This document shows, in pieces, positions 27,214 to 40,242 of a DNA stretch of 64,000 nucleotides. Below the pieces are notes generated by a model. That model searched no databases. It was not told the origin of the DNA and was given only the letters and a program-made list of their open reading frames with translations. Location of the stretch: positions 25,488,437 through 25,552,436 of the forward strand of contig NC_092672.1 in the NCBI RefSeq assembly GCF_964355755.1. Reading direction: 5' to 3'. This DNA is from Antedon mediterranea (Eukaryota > Animalia > Echinodermata). Numbering within the stretch: position 1 is the first letter of the stretch; every line of letters starts with the position of its first letter. Both the position numbers and the translations under genes were made by a program.

Positions 27214-29828
27214 ATGGAAGGACGAGGAGTTAGCTGTAATCTTCTAAAACTTAACTCTGATAAACGTCTTTTTGTAACGTCACAGGTAAGTCATTATATC
27301 AAGCTATTGTTGTGATGTAATTTCAGAATAGCCTTTTTTTAGATTTGTTTAAAGTGATATTTATTGGTGAAGGTGTTGGCCTAGAACCAATGGTTTCCAC
27401 AGTTCAGTCATACCATAGAGATAATCTCTATGGTCATACTGATGTTCTAAGTCTTGTTTAAACGTAACGGAACGACGGAGTCACAGCGCAAGTAAGTTGA
27501 CCAATCACATGCGATAGTCGAATGATCCTTCGCGTTATTTTTGGTCAATTTGCTTGCGGTGCGCTTACAGTATTAGTATGTTATTCTAAATTACTATATT
27601 TAGGCCTACGTTATACCAAGGAAATTTTCCTGGTTATGCTCAAACGTTACATCTTTGCTTCTCACGGTTTCTGTATGTTAATCGTATACAGACAACATTT
27701 CTGCATAGAATAGTACTAAAAGTCATTTTTTTAAAGGGATATATTATAATGTTATCTACATTGTATTATAGCCGTAATAATTACCGTTATTAATACTTAA
27801 TTGTTGATGATTTTTAACAATGACTAAAAATGGAAGAACATCATATTTATATAGGCCTACAATGCTTTTTACGCACAGACGAGATTTGACTGGAATACGT
27901 TGATTTATGAATATCGTACTAGTGTTAATGATGTAATACTTCATTAAATGACAGATGTTGTTCTGCATAAAATGAAACAAACATCACGAATAACACATTT
28001 TACCCGTGCTAAGACATATGGTAATATACGAAAAATGATACGGCTCGTAGGCCTCCAATAGTTATTCAATCTTGGTGCCACTTTCAAGTGTTACATTGTA
28101 GTATTAGGCCTAATTAGTTACTTAGTTACTGTAACTGCATTGCTATTATCTGTTCAGTTTTCAGGTCTCAACCCGCATATTTTCAGCATCTGGCGTTTTA
28201 TTATAACGCTTTATTTTGTTGCATTTAATGCCTGGTACATCCCGTATTCAGTGATTGATTATGGATGGACTTTTTTCATCTACCTTACTAACTGGACATT
28301 CATTGTGGTCACGTGTTATCTTTTGGTAGCGTCGTACAATAGTTGCGTGTATTACTACAATGTCACTCGACGAGGAGAAGGTTCGAATAAGTATTTTCTT
28401 TATTCTAAAATATTAAATATCAATGATTAAAGATGTAATTTCTATCTAAAGGAAAAATGTGTACAATGTTTGCTGAATATGCCATTTACAATGTCACTAT
28501 AGGCCTAATAGTTATCCACTTTGACCAGAAAAACCAAATTATTTAAAAACTATAAGTGAAATTATTTTCACTAAATAACATATTCAAAGTCTGATGATTA
28601 ATCTTCATTTTTCCTGTTTTTGGCTAAAGCGGCTGCGGGATATTTAAATGCTGCAGCATTCAACGCGCCTCAACGTATGTATTATCTCCCAGCATTCAAT
28701 GCGCCTCAACGTATGTATTATCTCCCTGAACAAACAATTTGTTTTTATAGTTTGCTGTTGAATATGCCATTTTAATGCCCTTGAAGAAAGATTAAATCGA
28801 AAAAAATGTATTTAGCTGAAAAAAACCTGTAATTTAAAGCAAAAAAATAGTCCAATTGGTACCAACCACTGTGTTTTTGGTTGAATTTTATCATTCATTT
28901 TCTTATTTTATAGTGGAATACATTTTTTATTTGGTTATTTTTACGGACGGAATTAACTTTATTTAAAATACAAACTAACCTATTCAAAGTTTGATTTAAT
29001 AATCTTCATTTTTCATGTTCTCGGAGGACAATAGGCCTAGGCCTACATTTTAAAGTATTGCACCGCTCTTCAGAAAATGCCTAGGTGAGACATTTAAATT
29101 CTGCCAGACATTGAGTAAGCGCCTCCACAGTGGTAAATTTAATTAAATATCATCAATTTTATCCATATACAGTAGTAATTTGTCCTCGTGCTGTGGTGTG
29201 TTCACGAAGCAGCGCTCTTAATAGGCAAAAAATGTATTAATAATAATCAACTGATCAGGACTAATATAATTATGCATTTTATGTTTATTTATATTTTTTA
29301 GGTAGCCTTCTTGTACTAGAATCTTCTGAAGAAACACAGTTACCATTTAAATATAAGTTACAATGGTTTCTATTTTACATATCAGCTAACTTTTCAATTA
29401 TTGTCACCGTCGTTTATTGGGCAGCTCTATATTCTGATGACTCTGATTCTCTTTTCATTGATCTCAACGTACATACGCTAACGTCATTGATCGGTATCTT
29501 AGAAACGTTCTTGTCTGCTACACCTGTACGTTTAATTCATGTAGCATACCCCCTCTGGTATGGGACAATCTATCTATTTTTTACAGTAATTTATTGGGTA
29601 GCGGGTGGTACTGATATAAATGGTAACACATACATCTATCCAATAATTGACTACGAGAATGAGCCTGTTACTGCTGTGTTATCTATACTTGGTTGTGTAG
29701 CGGGTGCATTTGTTTGTCAGGTATTACTTTGGTTGATTTACAATTTAAGACTTAAAATAGCAAGTAAATTGATTATTGGCGAACGACCTGAAGAAAGTAG
29801 GCCTACATCAGACTCGACGTTACTTTAG
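27214..29828 (+). CDS. Rolling stone-like membrane protein, copy 2 (~273 aa)
   Basis: Exons 27214-27285, 28158-28380 and 29302-29828 are in frame; highly similar to copy 1 with the same intron phases. Confidence 0.88.
28430..29052. mobile_element. Degenerate Kolobok-type MITE in intron 2 of rost-like copy 2
   Basis: Starts TTAA-AGATGTA; the 3' part resembles 25830-26051 and ends GGACAATA[GGCCTAGGCCTA]CATTTTAA. Confidence 0.55.
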
Positions 29829-30106
29829 CTGTAAGAAAAAAAACCAGATTGGTTTTCTAATAAGTTGTTTTGTAGGCCTAAAAGATTGTAATCGGCGCTT
29901 GTGGTTCAAGCAACCCTGCTTAAGTAGTACAGTACAAGTATTTTGTAGTATGTTTAAATCTAAATGTAAATCCATGGAGACATTGCCTTATATATTACAA
30001 TTGTAGCCGACAGTGTTCATTCATTCTCATAACCCTACATTTTGAGTTTGAGTATTATAAATGAGTGAATGATCAAACACATTCAGCTACCTAAACTAAA
30101 CAGTTA

Positions 30107-30357
30107 CGCTTGGTTCCCACTAGAACGTAACTCAACGGCGTAAGCCGCTACGTAAGCGAATTGATTAGCAAAAGCTATTTTTTGGCTCCTTTTCACACAC
30201 ACATACATATTTTATTGTATTGTACTATTTATGTATGATGATGTGAATAAAGTTGGTATCTAAAATTGTCCAATGGATTGTTCGAACTGTCGTTTGAGAT
30301 TGGTAAATTCGTTGCGGCTTTATACGTTCTTGCATTGCGTGAAGTGGGAACCAAGCT
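30107..30357. mobile_element. Harbinger-type MITE (GCTTGGTTCCCACT family)
   Basis: TIR GCTTGGTTCCCACT / AGTGGGAACCAAGC; TTA TSD. Confidence 0.75.
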
Positions 30358-30590
30358 TTAGCCTTAAAATGTTCCTATCAAGTGAATACCGTACTTACAA
30401 CTTGTAAGGAAAATCCATTCCATTGACTTAAGTATTATACTGGCGTTGTAAAATGCATTCTCTATAACCAGGTGAAATTACACTCTTCACTGCTCTAACT
30501 ATTTACAGAAAATATCACACTTGAGCGTGACTGGTCTTAGGTCCTTTTCAGACCATTTTCATTCTACAAGTGTAAACCATTTATATCTTC

Positions 30591-31110
30591 GTGTGGTGAC
30601 TGCAGGTATATCAAAACTACAGCCGCTCAGCCAGATAATCTCCATAAAATATCATTTTCAGTATTGTAGGCATGATTTATTTGTTTTAATATGTAAACAT
30701 ATATTTGTACTGTTTTCTCCCAAATATCTTATTAAAGTATATATTTATGAATTATATTTACTGTTGTCATCTCTCATCAATATTTGTTGTGCTATGTAAA
30801 CACACTAGGACTAAAGACATTTCAACCAAATTTCTATATTTTTTTTCCATCACAAAATTGTATTGTAGGCCTAGTCCTATGTTTTGAAATGTCCAACATA
30901 TACATGGCAACGGACTCTACTACACCAATCATCAAAAATATATGTGATTGAAGTTACAAAAGACGAGTTAAAAAAGAATCAGAACCATATATAAAAGTAA
31001 AGAATACGATATATACATTTTTTAAATAAATTTAATGAAATAAATAAATGTAAAAAATATTTACAATTCAGCGAAATGCAATGAAAAATATGAAAGAAGA
31101 AACTTATTAT
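30591..31110 (+). repeat. ~500-bp direct repeat, copy A (copy B at 35530-36050)
   Basis: Near-identical sequence from GTGTGGTGACTGCA to AAACTTATTATT in both places. Confidence 0.9.
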
Positions 31111-31557
31111 TTAATACATGTTGGAGCCTTACAATCTAGTTTTATCTATATCCAAACATAGGCCTATATCTGTGAGTGTGAATCCGCTCCCATAAATAAT
31201 CGATTTACTATTTAAGACAATCTTTTATACCATGGATCAGAAGCTAATTCTTTTAAGCCGAACCATACAAATTCTCTACAAGTGCTTTGTATTCAGGTAG
31301 GTATAAAGCTGTCGAACGCCCGTACTTTGTATTCAGATAGGTGTAAAGCTGTTCAACACCCGTATGAAAATTCCGAAAACAACCAATAATAAAAGGCGGT
31401 GGCCTTGATTAATGGGAACAATAAGTACTTGTACTTGAAACGAACCAATCACGAGTCAAAGGATTATAATCCACAGTTTCCGTGGCCGAATAAAAACAAA
31501 TGCATAGGTTTGGCTCGAGAAGTGGACAGAGTTATACAGGCTATCATACTCTGGAAA

Positions 31558-33989
31558 ATGGAGGAGCGTGGTTGCTTCAGAAACTGCCTGGTCTGGTTAC
31601 GTCTAACTAATGAACATCCAACATTATTTACTAAATCACAGGTAGGTTGACCTTCGCAATTAATAATAGTTCAGTTAAGCAAATGCCATTGGTTTGCATT
31701 CATTCATACATGATATTGCAATTGAGTTTCAATGACATCGCAACATTCCATTTTGTGGGGCTCTAAAATGTGTATATGAGGGACTTTTAGATTTTCACGT
31801 CGACTATGTACGTCGACGGCTACCTTATTACGTCATTTTATGATATGTGCATGCCCTAGGGTACCACGTCGACTGACAAATGTGAGCACTTGTTCAGTGG
31901 CCTTTAGACGTTCGCTCTCTGACATGACTACGAGTGGACGTATGACGTCATAACACTGCAAACGTTCACCAAAATCATGGTCTAGAGTGGTTGCGATGAT
32001 TTTCTGAGAATGTAATAATTAGTTAATTTCAGTCAAATCATTTACAAAGTGTGAATTACTGAGTTGTATTGGTTATTTTAGCACCACGGACAAGTGCTAC
32101 CTATAAAGATTACAAGGTCAGATCCCACGGTCATTACGTCATACGTTCACTGGCACGTCATCGTAAATGTCCACTTAATATATAAATGTCCACTCAAATA
32201 TCTGTCTACTACGACCCATGTGTACGTGGCCGTCGTGTTCACGTTCGCTCAATCTAAAAGTCCCTATTATTTAGATTAGGCTTACAACAGAGTAGCCTAT
32301 TAGGTGTACTTAATAAACCAGACGATCCAGTGAATTAATTTCAGATAAAAACAGAAACATATTAAGTGTTTTAAAGTAGGGCCTACTATTTTATTATTAT
32401 TATTTTTAATATCACTAGGGATTTAAAGAATTCTTTACTCCATGATATAAGACGTATTAGCTACAAACAAACGCTTTCAGAAAAGCGCGTGATTGTTAGT
32501 GCCATGTCCGCATGTTAATGAGTTTATGTCATTTCGAAATTAGGTAGACCTATGTATGCCTATTATTACAGTACATTTCTTCCTCAATAAGAAGCTGTAA
32601 ACGGCACCTATTCCGTTCCGTTTGGAAAAAGAGTGCTGGTTGTTTTTTCTGCCCACGTGTTCGAATACACGCCCTTAATGTACGTTGATCAGAACCTAAA
32701 TAATTTGATTAAATCTTTGATTTAGTTTACAGGTTTGAATCCATATATCTTCACTGTCTACCGGTTTGTCGTGACGCTATACCTGACTGCTTTCGCTTGT
32801 TGGTATACAGCAGCAAGTGCACCCGAGTATGGCTGGACGTATCTCGTTTATTTGACAAACTTAACGTTACTTTTGGTGGTATTTTACCTGATAGCTTCTT
32901 CTATTAATAGTACGATTGTGCTCATACGAAGATGTCGTCATACCACAGGTGATTTATGCTTTGATTTTCCAAAAAATTGACTATGTATAGGTCTATAGGC
33001 CCTTACACTTTGGCGACGGTATAGCTTACATAAAAAATAAAATACCGGTATTATTTTTATCAAAGGCATCATAGATGGTTACAGTTCTAAAATGAAAACT
33101 GTTTTCTTTTGTTTCAAGTAGGCCTACTTGAAAAAAAGGCATATTTTGATAGCGTCAATCGTTATCGCCCTTAGTATAAATGGACCTTAGTACTTCATTG
33201 GATAGGCGCTAAATTCGGATTAGTAACATTAATGTATAAAGTCACTGATGAATTGGCTACACCCCCTCCCCCGTCGATTAGGATTGACTATGTTTATATG
33301 AATATTTCTGATAAGAATTAAGGATTTTCATCTATTTTCATCCCCGTCGGGCAAATCCTGGCGCCACTAATTCATTCGATTAATATTATTCTGTATTATA
33401 ATATTCTAGGCTATTTACCATAAAATGCTTTTTTTCTTCAGAAGAAGTCGTTTCGTCAAGTTCTTCTGGCACGATCGATGGAAATAACGCGTTACCATTT
33501 ATTTACAAAATACAATGGTTTTTGTATAACATGGCAACAGCCAGTTCATTGCTTGTCGTACTTATCTACTGGGGAGCTATATACACTCCAGATACGGACG
33601 TCACTATATTTACGGACCTCAATATACATGGTTTAACTATATTAGTCATGGCTATAGAAACGCTTGTATCCGCTGTTCCTGTACGGATGTCACATGGTAT
33701 ATATCCACTGGCATACGGAGTTTTTTATGTTATATTGACTGTTATATTTTGGGCGGCAGGTGGTACAGATCCAAACGGAAATGCATATATTTATTCAATA
33801 ATTGATTACGAAGAAAACGCCGACTTTGCCGTAATTGTTGTTATTGGTGCACTAATTGGTATAATAGTGTGCCATGTTGTTATGTGGTTACTGTTCAAAC
33901 TTAGGATGAAAGTTGTCACAAAGTGGTTTGAAGATGACACCCGTGATGAAGAAACGGAAGGAGAGCAAGTTGCAACCAGTGGCGTGTAA
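31558..33989 (+). CDS. Rolling stone-like membrane protein, copy 3 (diverged, ~284 aa)
   Basis: Exons 31558-31641, 32726-32948 and 33442-33989 are in frame. Exon 2 is 223 bp, as in the paralogs. Motifs YLTNL, VLIYW, DLNIH, YIYSIIDY. Confidence 0.88.
31779..32265. mobile_element. MITE in intron 1 of rost-like copy 3
   Basis: TIR AGGGACTTTTAGATT / AATCTAAAAGTCCCT. Confidence 0.75.
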
Positions 33990-35529
33990 CGTGTAGCCTA
34001 CACGCAAAGATAACACAAAAAAACATAAAACAATATCTTAGATTATCCTATAAGTAAAGGCTAAGTGTTTGAGTTTAAATATTATATAATATAATTTCAT
34101 ACCCCCAGGGCAGGAGTATTCCAGGCCCATATGGTATGTCATACCCCCAGGGCAAATTTCATTGCGTATCTTTTAACAGTCGAAAGATTGTTTTATAAAT
34201 CTTATAAAATTATTATCTCAAAATAATTGATAATTGATATCGGTAAGCCTATACATTCTCTGTTTCGGCAGTTCCAAATGCATTGATCTATAAAGACTAT
34301 ATTCTGATTTTTCGGCGCTCCTGTATTTTACCTGTTATATAAGTACAGTTGTTACCCTGGTGTAGGCTTTATTTAGTATTTTGTGGTTATTGAGGAGTTC
34401 TCTCTTGTTGTAGATTTTAATAGTTCTCCTTTTTTCTCTCTCTCTATCATTCACTACTGTAAGTTGCTTTTATTTTTTATTCTTAGTAGTTTTCGGTTTT
34501 TTTTTATTGTAGTGCCCCCACCCCTTCTTCTTTAAGTATTGTTATTGTATTGGATGGATTCAGCAAAAGTTACCGTAGCCATAGAACATTGGGACGGATT
34601 TTTTTTATCTTTTGTGGTAGCCACCACCTTTATTCATCATTCAATCTTTCATAAATGTATTACACAATTGTTGTATTTACTCTCATTTCATATAATATAT
34701 AATACATTTCCGTTTCCTCAGTGGTTTAACTTTTTTTCTATTAATAAATGTTATTTTCAATAAATCCATCCAACTTAACATCTAATATTCAATTAACAAT
34801 GTTTGTTTTTTCCTTCTGATTAGAACAATCAGTTGTATTCATTTCGTAACATATTATCATTATTTTTTTTTGTATCTATCCTATTCTTATATAATTTCTA
34901 CAAGTACTGATTTCTTCGTTGTATACATATAATCTATTCTAACACATTCCCATTCTCTTAGCATTTTTTTTTTCATTTTTTTTATAGATATTTACAATCA
35001 TAGTATACTATTACCGTTGCATTTGTTTCGATCAAACACATATTCAATTAACAATGCATATTCTCTCTTTTAACTATAAATTACAACTTACTAGCTATTT
35101 AAACTAACAAAATATTAACATTGCTCTTTATTTTGAATAACAAAATATTTTCATTTAACATTGCTTTTTATTTGGGACGTATAAAGTTGTTAGAGATCTA
35201 TCTACTGGTAACAACAAAGACAGATACCACATTGTGGTATCTGTTGCGGAGAAAGGCAATGGAGATGGAGGACCTGAACTGAGAAGTGGTCCTGAACTGA
35301 ACTCTACCTTTCATATTCATAGGCCTTAATTGTTTTTGTTGAATAATTTTTTGAACAATTTTTAGAATTTGATTAAAGTTTGCGGTGTCTTTATTTGAAA
35401 TTTGTTTTTAATTTAGTGTTTCAGTGTTGTTCGAATAGGTATTGTTAATTAATTTTCAAGCGTGTATTTATTGTTTGACCACTACAAAACCTTGAATAAT
35501 CCTTAACGATTCTCCCAACGGTTATCTGA

Positions 35530-36050
35530 GTGTGGTGACTGCATCAACGCTACAGCCGCTCAACCCGATAATCTCCATTAAATATCATTTTCAGTATTGT
35601 AGGCATGATTTATTTGTTTTAATATGTAAACATATATTTGTACTGTTTTCTCCCAAATGTCTTATTAAAGTATATATTTATGAATTGTATTTACTGTTGT
35701 CATCTATCATCAATATTTGTTGTGCTATGTAAACACACTAGGACTAAAGACATTTCAACCTAATTTCTATAATTTTTTTTCATCACAAAATTGTATTGTA
35801 GGCCTAGTCCTATGTTTTGAAATGTCCAACATAGGCCTATAGGATACATGGCAACGGGCTCTACTACACCAATCATCAAAAATATATGTGATTGAAGTTA
35901 CAAAAGACGATTTAAAAAAGAATCAGAACCATTATAAAAGTAAAGAGTACGATATATACATTTTTTAAATAAATTAAATAAAATAAATGTAAAAAATATT
36001 TACAATTCAGAGAAATGCAATGAAAAATATGAAAGAAAAAACTTATTATT
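35530..36050 (+). repeat. ~500-bp direct repeat, copy B
   Basis: Matches 30591-31110. Confidence 0.9.
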
Positions 36051-36379
36051 AGTAAAAAGGTTCATCTGGATCACTGTATAGTATTTTAAGTAAATTTTCT
36101 TTTGGATGATCCAAAGTCGAATAAAATTCGTAAACTTACGTTTTTAACTCTAGCTTTCGCTGGTCAACGACGCAGCTTAATCATAAGTGAGTAACTGTGA
36201 CTTGGACTTGTTGCAGATTTATCTTTACCATCATGATAATCATTACGACCTTATAACAACAATGACAGGTTTTTTAAAAGTTGTTTATTTTTGTGATAGA
36301 TGTTTTACAGGGTATATTAAAAAGTATTCTCACAAGTGTCAATACACGTGCGTACTTTGAAAGCATCACAACTGTGACA

Positions 36380-39063
36380 CCCTTCTATTAGCGTACCTGT
36401 AAATAATACTATAGAGTGTAAGGAGTGCAATAGATTTTTTAAGCATAAGCAATGTTTCGCCAATCATAAAACATCTCCTGATTCTAAAAAAGTTTCAGTA
36501 TGTGACAAAATTCAAAATTGTTCAACTTGTGATAGGATCATTCAAAAAGATCATAATTGTCAAAACCGTTTTTGTAGAATTTGTAGGACTTTCGTTTCAT
36601 ACGATAAGGGCTGTCACTGAATATTTCTTTTTTGATTTTGAATGCACGCAAGAAACTGGCGAACACAAACCAAATTTATGCGTTCTTCAAAAAACTTGTC
36701 TTAATTGTATCGATGGTGCTAATGACTTCGCCGAGTGTGATGTGTGTGGGGAGAAATCAATGACTTTCACGGGGAGACTGCATGCGTAGATTTTTGCAAT
36801 TATGTATTTAATGAGTACAAATATAATCATAATATTACGTGTATCGCTCACAACCTCCAGGGCTACGATAGTTACTTCGTGCTCGAATACCTATGCAAAA
36901 CCTGTATTGTACCAGATATTATTGCCGCGGTGGTAAACCTATTTCAATTAAGGTTAAAAAAAACAAGTATCCGATTCATTGATTCCCTTTCATTTCTACC
37001 CATGTCTCTATCCAAATTACCCAAAACTTTTGGCATCTCCAAGCTAAAAAAAGGGGGGTACTTTCCTCATTATTTCAATACGCTAAAAATCAAAATTACG
37101 TAGGTCCTTACCCCGATTCTTCCACCTATTTCCCCGATAAAATGACTACTTCAGGCCGAGAATTATTCTTTAAATGGTATAATCAGAAAATTAAAACTAA
37201 TCAAATTTTCAATCTCCAAAAAGAACTCGTCGAGTATTGCATCAGTGATATAGATATTCTCAGAAAGTGTTGTCTTACTTTTAGACATCTTTTTTTTTAA
37301 AGTAACTACATCGCCGAAAAACCCTCTACTCGGAGGTGTTGACCCCTTTTCAAATAATTTAATGACAATTGCCTTGGCGTGTAATCACGTCTTTTCTAGA
37401 AATTTTTTAAAACCATTCACCATCGCTCTATTACACCATCAGGGTATCTAACAACCGTTAACCATTCTCACTCTAGCATGGAATGGCTGTGCTACGAGTC
37501 GCATAAAAGGGGAGTGGGGGGTCTTTATCCATCATGCGAGAAATGGAGGGGAAAAAATGTTGGGACCTTACTTTGTCGACGGCGCATATTTAGAAAACAA
37601 AATTATTTTTGAATTAATGGGTTGTTTGTTCCACGGGTGCCAAGATTGTTATAGATCTGATTCCATTAACCCCTTCACTAACGAAGCCATGTTGGAATTC
37701 TTTGTCAAGACAAGCAAGAAAACAATGTTTCTGAAGGAGCAATTTCCAGATTTTGAGTACGTCGAAATTTGAGAACACGAATGGAAACGGATAAAACAGT
37801 CGTTGGCCCCCGATGTTAAATCTATTGTCTCCAAAGTTCCTTTCATTAGTCAACAAAGAGACGCGTTATTCGGTGGGAGGACTAATGCCAGTTGTTTTTT
37901 CTATAAGGTAAAACCGGGTGAAGAAATTAATCGATTATACTTCCTTGTACCCTTATGTAAATAAATACGGTACCTACCTGCCCTCTGTAGAACATGCGTC
38001 GATTTTCAACAACAAACCGCTTGCAATCATTCTGGTACCCCGATAGAGAATTTAAAGGACCTAAACCTCGATCGAGCTAAAGCCGTGGAAGTTGGCTACG
38101 AGATACGTAAAGTTCACGTAGTATGGCACTTTAAAAATAAAAGCGCCACACTGTAGATTCTCCCTCGTCCGGCCTATTTGCCTTCTACATTAACAGATTT
38201 TAAAAATTTAAACAAGAAGCTTCGGGTTGGCCTGAATGGTGTATAACTCTTGTAGATATACACAAATATATTTCGGACTATCGAACAGTAGAAGGTATCA
38301 TGACGACATTGCGTACAATCGATGTCCGGGGCTTCGATCTCTGGCCAAATTATTGCTAAATAGTTTTGGGGATAAATTTGGTCAGTGTGAAAACCTCACG
38401 AGAATTAAATATACGCAAGATCCTAGAGGTTTACGATATTTATCGAACACCCGGATAACCGTTCATGACATACATTTTGTTAATAAAGACTTGGCTGAGA
38501 ATAAATTCGACGACGAGGAACAATTTGTTGAAGTTAAGTTAACCGATAGGTTAACGTTGTCATTGCCGCATTTACCACTGCGCTAGCGCGTTTAAAATTA
38601 TACGAACTGTTGGAGCAATTACAGGAACGCGTCCTGTATTACGATACCGACAGCAATCTACGTATCATAACCCGGGGCTTGGGACCCTCCCCTGGGCAAC
38701 TACTTGGATCAGTTCACGACCGAGGTCGACCCTAAAGACGTTAAGTACATTGAGTCCTTCGTTTCTGGTGGGCCTAAGAACTAAGCCTATAAATTGGATA
38801 CTGGAAAGTCTGTTTATAAAGTCAAGGGTTTTACTCTCAATTTTACAAATGCGCAGAAAAATAATTTTGACACCGTCTCCAATATGGTAAGGGGTATTGG
38901 TTCCTATACAATTAAGAAAGTTGAGAAGAATCTTGTAAACGCGTAAGTCAAAAACTCGTAAGATAGTCAACGAAACATCGACTAAAGACCATCGAATCGT
39001 GTGTACGACAAACGAATTATCATCAAAAATTATCGCACAGTTCCTTACGGTTATGTTTGGTAA
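36380..39063 (+). pseudogene. Decayed protein-primed family B DNA polymerase of a Polinton/Maverick
   Basis: Across frameshifts: FFDFECTQ (ExoI), AHNLQGYD (ExoII), FIDSLSFLPMSL, KGGYFPH, YCISDIDIL (ExoIII), FGGRTN, DYTSLYP, KLLLNSF, YYDTDS, YDKR. Confidence 0.9.
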
Positions 39064-39249
39064 ATCATTGCAATAAATGTCATCTCTTTTTTAAATGTAA
39101 ACACATGCACTTTTTATAGATAATTAATTGTTAGTTTTTATGTAATTTCTTGCACTCAATTTCCTTTATAAATTCGTTTCCCATTTTGTAGTTTAAGCAA
39201 AATATATTTGTAGTTTTAATGTAAATATTTTTATACCTGTTTTTAATTA

Positions 39250-40242
39250 GGGTTGGTGAGTACGCAAGAATTTTGCCAAAATACGCAAATTGAGGGCGCT
39301 ATGCTTTGCCAAAATACGCAAATCTGCTTTGCCAAAATACACAAATCATGCCAAAATACGCAAAACTGCTTTTCCAAAATCATGGATGTAATAGCCGAAG
39401 GCTGGATGGTAATCTTTTAATGTTATCGCAGTTCAAAAGTGATTCTCCATGGAGAGGGAACCAACAAGATGGCGGCTGCAATCGACCAATCAAATATTCC
39501 CTATGCAGTAAGGCTACGCACTACTACGCCTGTGTGTTGTTGAGCCTATCTCCATGAGAACGATACGCAACGCAGCGCGTTAAGCGTATAAACGCGAACG
39601 CATTCTATATGATCCTCGTATACAAAAAATGCTATTATTACCAAGAAATTATTCATTCTAATACGATTAACAATAATTATATTTAATTTTATAAAAACTT
39701 CTCGCTTTGCTTTGACAAGAATATGTGTTGTAATTTATGTGTGGTCTTGATGTATTATATTAGATTATTATTTTTTATATTAAATAATGTTTTTGAACAC
39801 ATTTACGGCCGCCATCTTGTTGGTTCCCCTCCTGTTGGAATCACTTTTCAGTCTGGAGTGCGCCCTCTAGCCTTCTGCTTAATATCTCGATGGCCAAAAT
39901 ACACAAATCATGCTAAAATACGGAAATCTGCTTTGCAAATACGCAAATCATGCCAAACTACGCAAATTGAAGGCGCTATGCTATGATGCCAAAATACACA
40001 AATCATGCCAAAATACGCAAATACGCCCTCAATTTGCGTATTTTGGCATGATTTGCTATTTTGGCAAAGCAAAACACCCTCAATTTGCGTATTTTGGCAT
40101 AATTAGCGTATTTTGGCAAAGCAAAACGCCCTAAATTTGCGTATTTTGGCATGAGTTGCGTATTTTGGCAAAGCATAGCGCCCTCAATTTGTGTATTTTG
40201 GCAATTTTTTTTGCGTATTTTGGCATGATGCTCACCAACCCC
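39250..40242. mobile_element. Foldback element with ~20-bp GCCAAAATACGCAAAT repeats and a nested MITE (~39390-39881)
   Basis: Ends GGGTTGGTGAG / CTCACCAACCC; repeat arrays in opposite orientations; inner IR GGGAACCAACAAGATGGCGGC / GCCGCCATCTTGTTGGTTCCC. Confidence 0.75.

Noticed and set aside
34200-35150. Possible minus-strand LINE (L1/Tx1-like) 3' remnant
   Set aside because: Base composition is suggestive, but no convincing motif could be read.
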